A stretch of 64,000 bases of DNA from Bacteroidota bacterium (GCA_020056225.1 JAGVIE010000020.1:6331-70330), one strand, 5' to 3'. Shown: positions 20,267 through 29,418, counted from the first letter of the stretch. Notes: a model not told the origin generated them from the sequence alone. Numbers and translations: made by a program.

Positions 20267-21246
20267 GGTATCTTTCTGAGAATTGTTTGAGAGAAGATTA
20301 ATTCGAGCAATAAAAACAATCCGGCAAATAATGCCGCAGTGTAATATTCTTCTTTATGTCGGCGGAATTGAGTTACTTCGATTTTAGTCTTTTCCAATCG
20401 ATCGATTTCTTCGTAGATGGCTTTTAATTTTTTATTATCTGTCGCTCTATAGTATTTTCCGCCGGTATGATCGGCAATTTGCTGTAGTAATTTTTCATCA
20501 ATCTCCACCGGAACATTCTGATATTGTGTCCCGAAAGGTGTCTGAACAGGATATGGAGCCATGCCGATTGTTCCAACACCGATAGTATATACACGAATGC
20601 CGAACTCTTGAGCAATACCTGCGGCTGTCATCGGGTCAATAAAACCCCGGTTATTAATGCCATCGGTGAGAAGCACAATCACGCGGCTCTTTGCCTTGCT
20701 GTCTTTAAGCCGGCTGACCGCAGTTGCAAGTCCCATTCCGATAGCCGTTCCGTCTTCTATCATACCGCTTTTGATTTCAGAAAGTAAATTCTTAATCACT
20801 CCATGATCCAGGGTTAGCGGACATTGTGTAAAACTTTCGCCCGAAAAAACAACAAGACCGATTCTATCTGTAGGGCGTCCGTCTATAAATTCCATCGCCG
20901 TTTTCTTGGCGGCTTCGATGCGGTTGGGTCGGAAATCTTCCGCAAGCATACTTCCCGAGATATCGTTGACCAATACAATATCTATTCCTTCTGTTGAAAC
21001 ATTTTCACCTTTCGATGTGGATTGAGGCCTCGCAAGAGCGACCGTTAGAAAAACAATGGTTAATATCCTGAATAAAAATAAAACATGGCGAAAACGCTGG
21101 CGCCAGCTTCTCGGAACGGATTGGAATACTTTTACGGTTGATACCTGTAACTCAACTATCTGCTGTTTTTGTTTTTTCCAGTACCAGTAAATCATCAACG
21201 GCAGGAAGAGAAGCAAGAAGAAATATTCCGGGTTGGCAAATGTCAT
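20263..21246 (-). CDS. batA: BatA (vWA domain membrane protein)
   Basis: 327 aa with two N-terminal TM helices. The vWA MIDAS motif is DISGSM...VLLTDGINN. Confidence 0.8.
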   Translation of the reverse strand: MTFANPEYFFLLLFLPLMIYWYWKKQKQQIVELQVSTVKVFQSVPRSWRQRFRHVLFLFRILTIVFLTVALARPQSTSKGENVSTEGIDIVLVNDISGSMLAEDFRPNRIEAAKKTAMEFIDGRPTDRIGLVVFSGESFTQCPLTLDHGVIKNLLSEIKSGMIEDGTAIGMGLATAVSRLKDSKAKSRVIVLLTDGINNRGFIDPMTAAGIAQEFGIRVYTIGVGTIGMAPYPVQTPFGTQYQNVPVEIDEKLLQQIADHTGGKYYRATDNKKLKAIYEEIDRLEKTKIEVTQFRRHKEEYYTAALFAGLFLLLELIFSQTILRKIP

Positions 21247-22325
21247 GCGGCTGCCTTTTGCTCCGGTTTTATCGGAACCGGTTCAGGTTCCTTCCAGGTT
21301 TTTTCCACAAAGTCGTATCCTATAGCCAAACTTCTTTCATTCTCTTCTGCAACAGTTTGAAACTTTGCAAACTTCACCAAATCAGCCAGTAACAGCATCT
21401 CCCTCAAATCACTTTTCGATTCTTTGGAAATAATCTCGTTCCCGAATGCATTTAATATTTCATCCGAAGTCGATTCCATAGCTAAAATATTAAATCGTCG
21501 TTCGATATATAATCGAACTATGTCGGTTAACAGCGAATGATATTCTTTCACTTTTCCACGTTGCCAAAGTTTTTCCGATTCGAGCGAACGGAGTGCTTCG
21601 AGGGCGACTTCGTTTGCGGGTCGCGCCGGAGCTTCTGGAATCAACGGTTCACCGCGTTTGCGTTTCTTAACAATATAACGGACAAGCCATATCACGCCCG
21701 CAATCCCAACAAACACAAGAAGATACGGCAGCACATCTGCAAAGGTGATTGGAACCGAAAGCGGCGGTTTCACATCTTTTATATCTTGCGAAGTATCCAC
21801 AGCAACCGTTCCCACTGTAATTGGAATAGGAGAAGTTTCTACCATGTATTTAGTCGTATCACCTGCATGCTGATACTGAACCGGTATCGATGGAACGATG
21901 TGCATTCCTGAATCGAACGATGTTACAATGAAATCCTGTGTTTGTAGAGTTCGTTGATCGATCTGTTTTGATGAAGGCTGTTCGCGCTTGATGATTTCGA
22001 AACCTTCTAACGAGTCGGGTAAGGTTGGAATGGTTACAGTGATATTATTCGAATGCTCAATCTCAAGATGAAGCCTAAACCAGTCGCCTATCATGATATG
22101 ATTGGAATCAACTTTCGTAGTAGCTCTCACATCTTGAGAGTAAGAGAACTGATTTAATAAACTTATCAAACCAACAATCAATAAAATCCTAAATACGAAT
22201 ATCTGCGCCAGAGGCGCATCAGCCTTCGGCTGAGAAACTCGAAACAATTCCAAATCTCTAAAATTCCAAATTCTAAATGTCGGTAATTTAGAATTTTGAC
22301 TTTTAATATTTGATATTTTTAACAT
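21243..22325 (-). CDS. Hypothetical membrane protein of the bat operon (BatD-like N-terminal ectodomain, single TM). N-terminus uncertain.
   Basis: 360 aa. The first ~30 codons of the track ORF lie in an AT-rich GAATTT repeat array (22244-22376), so the real start is probably an alternative codon just upstream of the signal-like FVFRILLIVGLISLLNQFSYSQ. It is translationally coupled to batA. Confidence 0.45.
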   Translation of the reverse strand: MLKISNIKSQNSKLPTFRIWNFRDLELFRVSQPKADAPLAQIFVFRILLIVGLISLLNQFSYSQDVRATTKVDSNHIMIGDWFRLHLEIEHSNNITVTIPTLPDSLEGFEIIKREQPSSKQIDQRTLQTQDFIVTSFDSGMHIVPSIPVQYQHAGDTTKYMVETSPIPITVGTVAVDTSQDIKDVKPPLSVPITFADVLPYLLVFVGIAGVIWLVRYIVKKRKRGEPLIPEAPARPANEVALEALRSLESEKLWQRGKVKEYHSLLTDIVRLYIERRFNILAMESTSDEILNAFGNEIISKESKSDLREMLLLADLVKFAKFQTVAEENERSLAIGYDFVEKTWKEPEPVPIKPEQKAAA

Positions 22326-22376
22326 TTGAATTTTATATTTCGAATTTGTTTAGGATTTAGCGTTTAGAATTTCGGA
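22244..22376. promoter_or_regulatory. AT-rich array of GAATTT/AAATTC motifs between the DUF58 gene and the next bat-operon gene
   Basis: aattccaaat x2 and aaattctaaa occur on one side. tttagaatttt, tttgaatttta, tttcgaatttg and tttagaatttc occur on the other. The two sets are reverse-complement-related, giving at least 7 copies in about 130 bp. Confidence 0.4.
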
Positions 22377-22382
22377 TATTAA

Positions 22383-23258
22383 CTACCATCTTTTCTCCCT
22401 CGCTCTGAAGAAATTCATCAGCGGGTTGATGTAAGATTGATCGATACGAATATCGATTCCGTCCACACCGCTGCGGCGAAATAGTTTGGTTCGTTCTTCC
22501 TGACGATCACTCCACCATCTTTCATATCTCTGAATAACCCTGCGATCGGATGTATCTACCCAGACCGGCTCACCGGTCTCAGCATCAACAACCCGCATCA
22601 ATCCAACGCGCGGCATATTTGATTCACGAGGATCAAACAGTCTGACGCCGATAAGATCATGTTTGCGCGCGGCAATTTTGAGCGCGTCGTTATATCCTTC
22701 ATCAATAAAATCTGAAATTAAGAAGGCGATGCTTCTTTTCTTGATTGCGCTTGTTAAGTACCGTAATCCCTCGGAGATTTTTGTGCCTCGATGAGCGGGC
22801 TGAAAATCAAGAAGCTCCCGTACAATCCTCAGTATATGCGTTCTGCCTTTTTTAGGCGGAATAAATTTTTCTATTACATCACTGAAGAAAATTACTCCAA
22901 CCTTATCGTTGTTTTGAAGCGCGGAGAATGCAAGCACTGCACAAAGCTCTGCGGCGATATCTTTCTTCATTTGATGAACAGTTCCAAACTCACCCGAGCC
23001 GCTGACATCGACCACAAGCATAACCGTTAGCTCGCGCTCTTCCTCGTATATCTTCACATAAGGATGATTGAAACGAGCCGACACGTTCCAGTCGATAGTG
23101 CGTATATCATCACCGAACTGATACTCGCGAACCTCGCTGAACGACATACCTCTCCCTTTGAATACACTACGGTATTCACCTGAAAAGATTTGGTTCACCA
23201 AACCTTTTGTTCGGATCTCGATCTTTCGGACTTTCTTTATTAATTCAGTTGTATCCAT
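22383..23258 (-). CDS. DUF58 domain protein (MoxR-associated vWA-like)
   Basis: 291 aa reading ...GEYRSVFKGRGMSFSEVREYQFGDDIRTIDWNVSAR...VVDVSGS... This is the DUF58 signature. It lies immediately downstream of moxR. Confidence 0.85.
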   Translation of the reverse strand: MDTTELIKKVRKIEIRTKGLVNQIFSGEYRSVFKGRGMSFSEVREYQFGDDIRTIDWNVSARFNHPYVKIYEEERELTVMLVVDVSGSGEFGTVHQMKKDIAAELCAVLAFSALQNNDKVGVIFFSDVIEKFIPPKKGRTHILRIVRELLDFQPAHRGTKISEGLRYLTSAIKKRSIAFLISDFIDEGYNDALKIAARKHDLIGVRLFDPRESNMPRVGLMRVVDAETGEPVWVDTSDRRVIQRYERWWSDRQEERTKLFRRSGVDGIDIRIDQSYINPLMNFFRAREKRW

Positions 23259-23263
23259 GAAGA

Positions 23264-24250
23264 CTAAGGAACTTCGATAGTGTTTAATATATCATCCACA
23301 ATATTTTCCGATGTTACATTTTCTGCTTCGGCTTCGTATGTAACCGCGATACGATGACGGAGAACATCGTGACAAACCGCGCGGACATCTTCAGGTATAA
23401 CATATCCACGCCGCTTGATGAAGGCAAATGCTTTCGCGCCAAGCGCAAGGTTGATGCTCGCACGCGGCGACGCACCGTAGCTGATAAGATTGGTAAGCTT
23501 TTCTAATTTGAAATCTTTAGGTTTCCTTGTTGCGAAAACGATATCGAGTATGTACCGTTCGATTTTCTCGTCCATATATACTTCCTGAACAACAGAACGT
23601 GCTTTCAGAATGTCGGCAGGATTCACAACTGATTTTACCTGCGGTTGTGTATCTGCAATATTCTGGCGCATGATTAACCGCTCTTCGTCACGATTCGGAT
23701 AATCGATTTTAATTTTCAGCATGAAGCGATCTACCTGCGCTTCGGGGAGCGGGTATGTTCCTTCCTGTTCAATCGGGTTCTGAGTTGCGAGCACGAGGAA
23801 CGGCTCATCAAGCTTGAATGTGTTCTCGCCAATTGTTATCTGCCGTTCTTGCATCGCTTCGAGCAATGCGCTTTGCACTTTTGCAGGCGCGCGGTTTATT
23901 TCATCCGCCAGAATAAAGTTTGCAAAGATAGGACCCTTGCGAACCGTAAACTCGGCATTCTTCTGGTTGAAGATCATCGTTCCAATCACGTCAGCAGGAA
24001 GAAGGTCGGGAGTAAATTGGATGCGCTGGAATTTGGCTTGGATTGATGCCGCAAGTGTTTTGATGGAGAGTGTTTTCGCAAGTCCCGGTACACCTTCCAA
24101 TAGTACGTGACCGTTGGATAGAAGCCCGATTAGCAGCCGCTCGACCATATATTTTTGTCCGATAATTACTTTGCCGACTTCCATTTGCAGTATATCGACG
24201 AAGGCGCTTTCGCGCTGAATTTTTTCGTTGAGTAATTTAATGTCTGTCAT
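23264..24250 (-). CDS. moxR: MoxR-family AAA+ ATPase
   Basis: 328 aa. Walker A is LLEGVPGLAKT and Walker B is FILADEINRAPAKVQSALLEAMQE, the MoxR signature. It is the first gene of the bat operon. Confidence 0.9.
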   Translation of the reverse strand: MTDIKLLNEKIQRESAFVDILQMEVGKVIIGQKYMVERLLIGLLSNGHVLLEGVPGLAKTLSIKTLAASIQAKFQRIQFTPDLLPADVIGTMIFNQKNAEFTVRKGPIFANFILADEINRAPAKVQSALLEAMQERQITIGENTFKLDEPFLVLATQNPIEQEGTYPLPEAQVDRFMLKIKIDYPNRDEERLIMRQNIADTQPQVKSVVNPADILKARSVVQEVYMDEKIERYILDIVFATRKPKDFKLEKLTNLISYGASPRASINLALGAKAFAFIKRRGYVIPEDVRAVCHDVLRHRIAVTYEAEAENVTSENIVDDILNTIEVP

Positions 24251-24563
24251 TTCTCACTCGATAATTGTTTGTAATAATACATCTGGTTGTTAGTATAAAG
24301 ATAGTACAACGGGTTTAAATTTATTAGATGAAAAACTCCGCCGCACGGTTGACGATATAAATACTTATGTTAGCGTTATGCCAAAATAGTATCAATTTTG
24401 TAGGGTATTTACCTCGATTGGGAACATAATTAAGTGTTTGAAATGTAATAAATTCCGGTGAAAATTCCAACTTTTCAGTCTTGATTTTTCAAAATGGATT
24501 GAGTAGATTATAAACGATAGAAGCAAACATAGATCGGTTAACACTTTCGCACACGGAGGATGT

Positions 24564-25451
24564 ATGAAGTTGAAATATTTGAAACGGTTTTTGATGACTT
24601 TAACATTTCTTAGTGGCATAGTATCCGCACAAAACAGTGTAGAATTTTGGATTACTGTAAAGGACGGTGCTAATTCTACAGATTCTGCAAAGTTGTACTT
24701 CGGTAATCACATCGCAGCAACGTACGGTATCGATAGTTTAAATTCTACAATCAAGGAAAAACAAGGACCACCACCGGGACCGGGGTTTGATGCGCGTTGG
24801 GTAAGCATTCCGGGAAGAGTGAATACTTGGGGACTCGGTTTGATAACGTATGACTTCAGATACGTGCAATATCCTTCGATAGACACATTCGCACTTAAAT
24901 TTCAAAATATGGAACATCCTGAGGCGGACTTCACATTCCAGTGGCCCGATAGATGTTATTTATATTATCGATGTGACAGCATGGTCATTGTTGAATCTTC
25001 CGGCAAGATACCAAAAGTAAATATGTTCGACCAATCAAGCTTGGTGATTCCCACCGCAGGGGATTCTGGAATAAATAAAATATTCATCTATAAATATGGA
25101 ATGTATCTCGAAGGCTGGGGGGATTGTGCCGTAAGTGTTCAGAATAATGCATTAGAAATTCCACCAGAATTCTCTCTGCATCAAAATTATCCTAACCCAT
25201 TTAACCCTGCTACAACAATTTCATTTGATTTACAAAGACGCTCGGTTGTATCTTTAACCGTTTATGATGTACTCGGACAGGAAGTCAGTCGAGTAATAGA
25301 GAATCAAACGATCGATGCAGGAGTACACGAGGTTAAGTTTGATTCGAGAATTCCGCCAAGCGGCGTTTACTTCTACCGCCTTACTACTCACGATACTGAA
25401 TCCGGGCAAATGATTTCCCAAGCCGTAAAGAAAATGATTATACTGCAATAA
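24564..25451 (+). CDS. Secreted protein of unknown function with T9SS C-terminal sorting domain (cargo paralog 1)
   Basis: 295 aa with a signal peptide MKLKYLKRFLMTLTFLSGIVSAQ. The C-terminus is LHQNYPNPFNPATTISFDL...LTVYDVLGQEV...SGVYFYRL...KKMIILQ, a type-A Por secretion C-terminal domain. Confidence 0.7.
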   Translation: MKLKYLKRFLMTLTFLSGIVSAQNSVEFWITVKDGANSTDSAKLYFGNHIAATYGIDSLNSTIKEKQGPPPGPGFDARWVSIPGRVNTWGLGLITYDFRYVQYPSIDTFALKFQNMEHPEADFTFQWPDRCYLYYRCDSMVIVESSGKIPKVNMFDQSSLVIPTAGDSGINKIFIYKYGMYLEGWGDCAVSVQNNALEIPPEFSLHQNYPNPFNPATTISFDLQRRSVVSLTVYDVLGQEVSRVIENQTIDAGVHEVKFDSRIPPSGVYFYRLTTHDTESGQMISQAVKKMIILQ

Positions 25452-25466
25452 GGAGGTAAATTAATC

Positions 25467-26342
25467 ATGAATATCCGATTTTATCATCGACTATGGTTGG
25501 TACTCACCACTATTATACTAAGCGTATCTACTGTGCAAGCACAAATGTCATCTGAGTTTTGGATAAACGTGAAGGATGACATCGATGCTTACAATAACTT
25601 TACTATGTTCTTTGGAAATCATATCAACGCCACATATGGAATTGATAGTTTGAATAGTACGATTCAAGAATGTAGATGTGTCCCCCTTTCAGACTTTATG
25701 GTGTTCTGGACAAACATTCCGGGAAGAGTAAACACATGGAATGTTGGTTTGTTTATGTATGATTTTCGAGGAATCCCGACAAACATTTCTAAGCAGGATA
25801 CTTTTGTATTATCATTTTTTAATTATTTTGACACAGCCGATTTCACAATTCGGTGGCCCAAACGTGAATATCTTGCTCAACGCTGTGACAGTATGTTCCT
25901 TGTTGATCCGACGGGCCAGATTCCGAAGATAAATATGTTTGATATTGACAGCCTTTTGATTCAGGATGCCTTAATCAAAAGCATCTACAAACTTCGCATT
26001 TATAAATACGGCTGCAATATCATTGACGCGGTACAATCAGAATTCTCATTTATACCAACCGATTTCTCGCTTCACCAAAACTATCCCAACCCGTTCAACC
26101 CTACAACAACGATTGAATATCAACTATCTTTTACCAGCCGAGTGATAATAAAAGTTTACAACCTGCTGGGACAAAACATATCAACTTTGACTGATGAGAT
26201 TCAACAAGCCGGATTCAAGTCGGTAACTTGGAATGCGAATGATGCAGCAAGCGGAGTATATTTCTACAAGTTAGAAGCGGTGAGTGTATCCGATCCATTC
26301 AAATCCTTTACGCAAATGAAGAAGATGGTGCTGGTGAGATAA
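25467..26342 (+). CDS. Secreted protein of unknown function with T9SS C-terminal sorting domain (cargo paralog 2)
   Basis: 291 aa. It shares EFWI.VKD, FGNHI.ATYGIDSLNSTI.E, IPGRVNTW, RCDSM, IPK.NMFD and IYKYG with the upstream gene. It ends LHQNYPNPFNPTTTIEY...KVYNLLGQNI...SGVYFYKL...KKMVLVR. Confidence 0.7.
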   Translation: MNIRFYHRLWLVLTTIILSVSTVQAQMSSEFWINVKDDIDAYNNFTMFFGNHINATYGIDSLNSTIQECRCVPLSDFMVFWTNIPGRVNTWNVGLFMYDFRGIPTNISKQDTFVLSFFNYFDTADFTIRWPKREYLAQRCDSMFLVDPTGQIPKINMFDIDSLLIQDALIKSIYKLRIYKYGCNIIDAVQSEFSFIPTDFSLHQNYPNPFNPTTTIEYQLSFTSRVIIKVYNLLGQNISTLTDEIQQAGFKSVTWNANDAASGVYFYKLEAVSVSDPFKSFTQMKKMVLVR

Positions 26343-26354
26343 CCTTGGCACTGT

Positions 26355-26480
26355 GAGGGAATCCCACTATCTATGGTTTCCTATGTTCTGGATTCCCATT
26401 AAGAGCATGTGGGAATGACAAAAAGAGAACATGTCATTCCCGAATGTTTCTATCGGGAATCCAAAACCCTGCTTATTCCC
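26355..26480. repeat. Cluster of GGGAAT/ATTCCC-containing palindromic hairpins downstream of the GIY-YIG gene
   Basis: One hairpin is gggaatcc(26357)...ggattccc(26391-26398). A perfect 10-bp stem is gggaatgaca(26411-26420)-11 nt-tgtcattccc(26432-26441). A third is gggaat(26455-26460)...attccc(26475-26480). Confidence 0.7.
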
Positions 26481-26790
26481 TCTGCAATAGTATAATGTCT
26501 CCATCATTATATAGGTCTTGCCACTGTGGATTGTACTTTTCGATCAAATTTATTTTCCATGATCTATTCCACTTTTTCATCTGCTTCTCACGTTGAATCG
26601 CACTAAGAATATTTCCATGCTCTTCATAGTAAACAAGCATAGAAACATTGTACTTTTGAGTGAAACCTTTTACTAATTTTTCTTTATGCTCGTATATCCT
26701 ACATACAAGGTCGTTTGTTACACCGATATATAAGGTTCCATTCCTTTTGCTTGCTAATATGTAAACAAAATATATTTTATCTTCATACAT
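26473..26790 (-). CDS. GIY-YIG nuclease family protein (UPF0213-like)
   Basis: 105 aa reading IYFVYILASKRNGTLYIGVTNDLVCRIYEHK, the GIY-YIG motif with a conserved Arg and Glu. It is flanked by GGGAAT-containing palindromes. Confidence 0.85.
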   Translation of the reverse strand: MYEDKIYFVYILASKRNGTLYIGVTNDLVCRIYEHKEKLVKGFTQKYNVSMLVYYEEHGNILSAIQREKQMKKWNRSWKINLIEKYNPQWQDLYNDGDIILLQRE

Positions 26791-26851
26791 TTAAGTTTCC
26801 AATATCATGTCTGCTTGTTTTTAGCAAGTAATCATTCTATAGCTATATTCT

Positions 26852-26877
26852 GGATTCCCGCTTTCGCGGGAATGACA
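26852..26877. repeat. GGGAAT palindrome (attcccgc-tttc-gcgggaat) plus a second copy of GGGAATGACA, upstream of the GIY-YIG gene and immediately after the argS stop
   Basis: 26854-26861 attcccgc and 26866-26873 gcgggaat form a perfect 8-bp stem with a 4-nt loop. 26868-26877 gggaatgaca is a direct repeat of 26411-26420. Confidence 0.65.
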
Positions 26878-26885
26878 TTAATATC

Positions 26886-28517
26886 CTACATCTTCTCCGG
26901 CGCGTTGATGCCAAGAATTGCAAATCCGTTGGCAAGTACTGTCTTTGTAGCAAGACAAAGTGCAATCCGAGCCGCAGTCATATTTAAATCATCTCCCACA
27001 ACCCGATGCTCGTGGTAAAACTTGTGATAACTACCTGCAACATCGTGCAAATATTCCGCAAGCCGGTGCGGCTCATATGTTGCGGCGCATGATTCAACCA
27101 TATCCGGGAATTGCGACAGGAGTTTCATCAAAGAAATCTCTTCAGGCTGATTCAACAGCGATAAATCGTACGACTTGCTTAAATCAACTCCCTTGCTTTC
27201 TGCAAGCCGGATGATGCTCGCTATACGGGCGTGGGCATATTGAAGGTAATAAACAGGATTTTCTTCCGATTGTTCCTTCGCAAGCTTGAGATCGAAATTC
27301 AAATGACTTCCAATCCCGCGCATCAGAAAAAAGTATCTCACAACATCAGCGCCCACTTCATCAATCAACTCATCGAGAGTGATGAAGTTCGCCTTACGCG
27401 TCGACATCTTAACAACCTCACCCTCCTGCAAGATTGTAACAAACTGATGAATCGGAACTTTTATTTTAGATTCATCGTAACCGAGCGCCTTAATTCCCGC
27501 AAGTACATCAGGATAAGTAGCAACATGATCTGCACCAAGCACGTCTATAATAAGTTCGAATCCGCGTCTGAGTTTATCGCGGTGATATGCAATGTCTGGT
27601 AACCGATAGGTCGGCTCACCGGTTGCTTTTACTATAACTTTATCTTTCTCACCGCCGAAAGCAGTTGCCTTAAACCATACTGCCCCATCTTGGTCATATG
27701 CTAAATCCCTTTTCCGTAATTCTTCAATAACTTCTTTCACCTGTCCGGTTTCGTAAAGTGTGTTCTCATTAAAGAAAACATCGTGCTTCACACCAATCCT
27801 TGCCAAGGTTTTTTTGATATCATCAAATATTTCCGTCTCGGCTTGCTGTTTGAATTTACCTTCGGTTGGCTCGTCTTTCAAATTTTTTCCATGACTATCA
27901 ATAAGATGTTGCGCAATCTCTTTGATATACTCGCCCTGATAATAATCTTCGGGAAAATCAATCTTCTCACCTATCAATTCGAGATAGCGCAATCGAACCG
28001 AGTCGCCCAAAACGCGCATCTGCCTGCCTGCGTTGTTGAAGTAATACTCGCGCGTAACATCGTATCCGGTCCATTCGAGGAGCCGAGCAACCGTATCGCC
28101 GTACACCGCGCCGCGTCCGTGACCGACGGTAAGAGGTCCTGTAGGATTCGCGCTTACGAATTCAACTTGCGTCTTTAAGTGTTTGCCGACATTTGCTTTG
28201 CCGAATTGCTTTCCTTCATTGATAATATCCGCAAGCCGACTGTGATAAAATTTATTCGTAAAATGAAAATTGATAAACCCCGGACCGGCAATTTCTATCT
28301 TGTCGACAAGCGCATTATCCAGAATTAATTTCTCCAAAATCTGCTCTGCAAACCGGCGCGGGTTAAGTTTCAATTGTTTTGCAACGGTCATCGCGATATT
28401 GGTTGTCAGATCGCCATGCGTTTCTATGCGGGGTTTTTCAAATACAGGTGAAATAGTCTCGGGGACTCCCAGTATTTTAAGAATGGGGAGTAATTGTTCT
28501 TTTAGGTAGTGCTTCAC
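26886..28517 (-). CDS. argS: Arginine--tRNA ligase
   Basis: 543 aa. It has the N-terminal Arg_tRNA_synt_N region and class I HIGH-like ANPTGPLTVGHGRG. The catalytic core and DALR anticodon-binding C-terminus (...YLQYAHARIASI...) are present. Confidence 0.93.
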   Translation of the reverse strand: MKHYLKEQLLPILKILGVPETISPVFEKPRIETHGDLTTNIAMTVAKQLKLNPRRFAEQILEKLILDNALVDKIEIAGPGFINFHFTNKFYHSRLADIINEGKQFGKANVGKHLKTQVEFVSANPTGPLTVGHGRGAVYGDTVARLLEWTGYDVTREYYFNNAGRQMRVLGDSVRLRYLELIGEKIDFPEDYYQGEYIKEIAQHLIDSHGKNLKDEPTEGKFKQQAETEIFDDIKKTLARIGVKHDVFFNENTLYETGQVKEVIEELRKRDLAYDQDGAVWFKATAFGGEKDKVIVKATGEPTYRLPDIAYHRDKLRRGFELIIDVLGADHVATYPDVLAGIKALGYDESKIKVPIHQFVTILQEGEVVKMSTRKANFITLDELIDEVGADVVRYFFLMRGIGSHLNFDLKLAKEQSEENPVYYLQYAHARIASIIRLAESKGVDLSKSYDLSLLNQPEEISLMKLLSQFPDMVESCAATYEPHRLAEYLHDVAGSYHKFYHEHRVVGDDLNMTAARIALCLATKTVLANGFAILGINAPEKM

Positions 28518-28903
28518 TTTTTCTTAGCTGGTTTCTTGATAGCTTTTTTCTTTTCAGGTTTTTCCTCTACCTCTTCAATCTTCGCATCGCCCCAGAGTTT
28601 TTCCAGTGCATAATACTTTCTCATCTCTTTGTGGAAAATGTGTACCACAACATCTACGTAATCCAGCAAAATCCACTGTCGTTGTGAAAAGCCCTCCTTA
28701 TGCCATGTTGGTTCATTAAGTTGTTCCGCGCCATCGATAACTGCATCGGCAATCGCTTTCACCTGTACATCTGAGTCGCCAGAACAGACGACAAAAAAAT
28801 CCGTCATATCTGTAAGCTTTCTAAGATCCAAGATGATGACGCTGGATGCTTTTTTTGTAAGTGTTAGTTGTGCAATTTTCTTAGCAAGTGTTTTTGTGGT
28901 CAA
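28514..28903 (-). CDS. rsfS: Ribosome silencing factor RsfS (Iojap) with Lys-rich tail
   Basis: 129 aa reading ...ASSVIILDLRKLTDMTDFFVVCSGDSDVQVKAIADAV...WILLDYVDVVVHIFHKEMRKYYALEKLW. Confidence 0.85.
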   Translation of the reverse strand: MTTKTLAKKIAQLTLTKKASSVIILDLRKLTDMTDFFVVCSGDSDVQVKAIADAVIDGAEQLNEPTWHKEGFSQRQWILLDYVDVVVHIFHKEMRKYYALEKLWGDAKIEEVEEKPEKKKAIKKPAKKK

Positions 28904-28917
28904 TCTGTCTCCTTAAT

Positions 28918-29418
28918 TTATTTTTGTGAGATATTTAGTTCGCTGTAATCTTTTCCGATGACGACAGAAACATCCACAAAGTAATCCGGATTAATTTGTT
29001 GGATTATATTTCTTTCTTTCACGCCGAGCGCGGATGCTACGCGCCGCGCCGCGGCAAGATCGCCGATGCGGTCGATTATCAATGTGCGAGCGACCTGGAA
29101 CGTTTTATAATTCTTGCTTTCAACTACATCAAATCCATGGGCGCGGAGGTAATCTGTAAATTTAGAACCGATACCTTTCACACCGCATCCGTTTAGAACA
29201 TCCATCTGTAAAATACGCGGAGGCTTAGCTTCTGTTTTTTCATCGGTTTTTATTGAGTTCAGGTTCGAAAAATATCCGTAGCCGAAATAGCCGATAACAA
29301 GGACAAGTATGACGATTACCGAGCTTAAAATTGGCTTAGTGATCTTAGAAGATCTGCTTTCCTTGTCTGGCTCAGACAGCCGTTGTTGTTTGATTTGACG
29401 CTTGTCCGATTCAACCAT
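28918..29418 (-). CDS. LytR_C domain-containing membrane-anchored protein
   Basis: 166 aa with an N-terminal TM helix. The C-terminal LytR_C domain reads ILQMDVLNGCGVKGIGSKFTDYLRAHGFDVV...AARRVASALGV.... Confidence 0.7.
   Translation of the reverse strand: MVESDKRQIKQQRLSEPDKESRSSKITKPILSSVIVILVLVIGYFGYGYFSNLNSIKTDEKTEAKPPRILQMDVLNGCGVKGIGSKFTDYLRAHGFDVVESKNYKTFQVARTLIIDRIGDLAAARRVASALGVKERNIIQQINPDYFVDVSVVIGKDYSELNISQK

Noticed and set aside
24251-24563. Possible tRNA or small RNA in the 313-bp moxR / cargo-gene intergenic region, plus small ORF 24392-24619
   Set aside because: I could trace no cloverleaf-compatible stems or conserved tRNA boxes by eye. The region reads as an AT-rich divergent promoter. 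The 75-aa ORF has no features.
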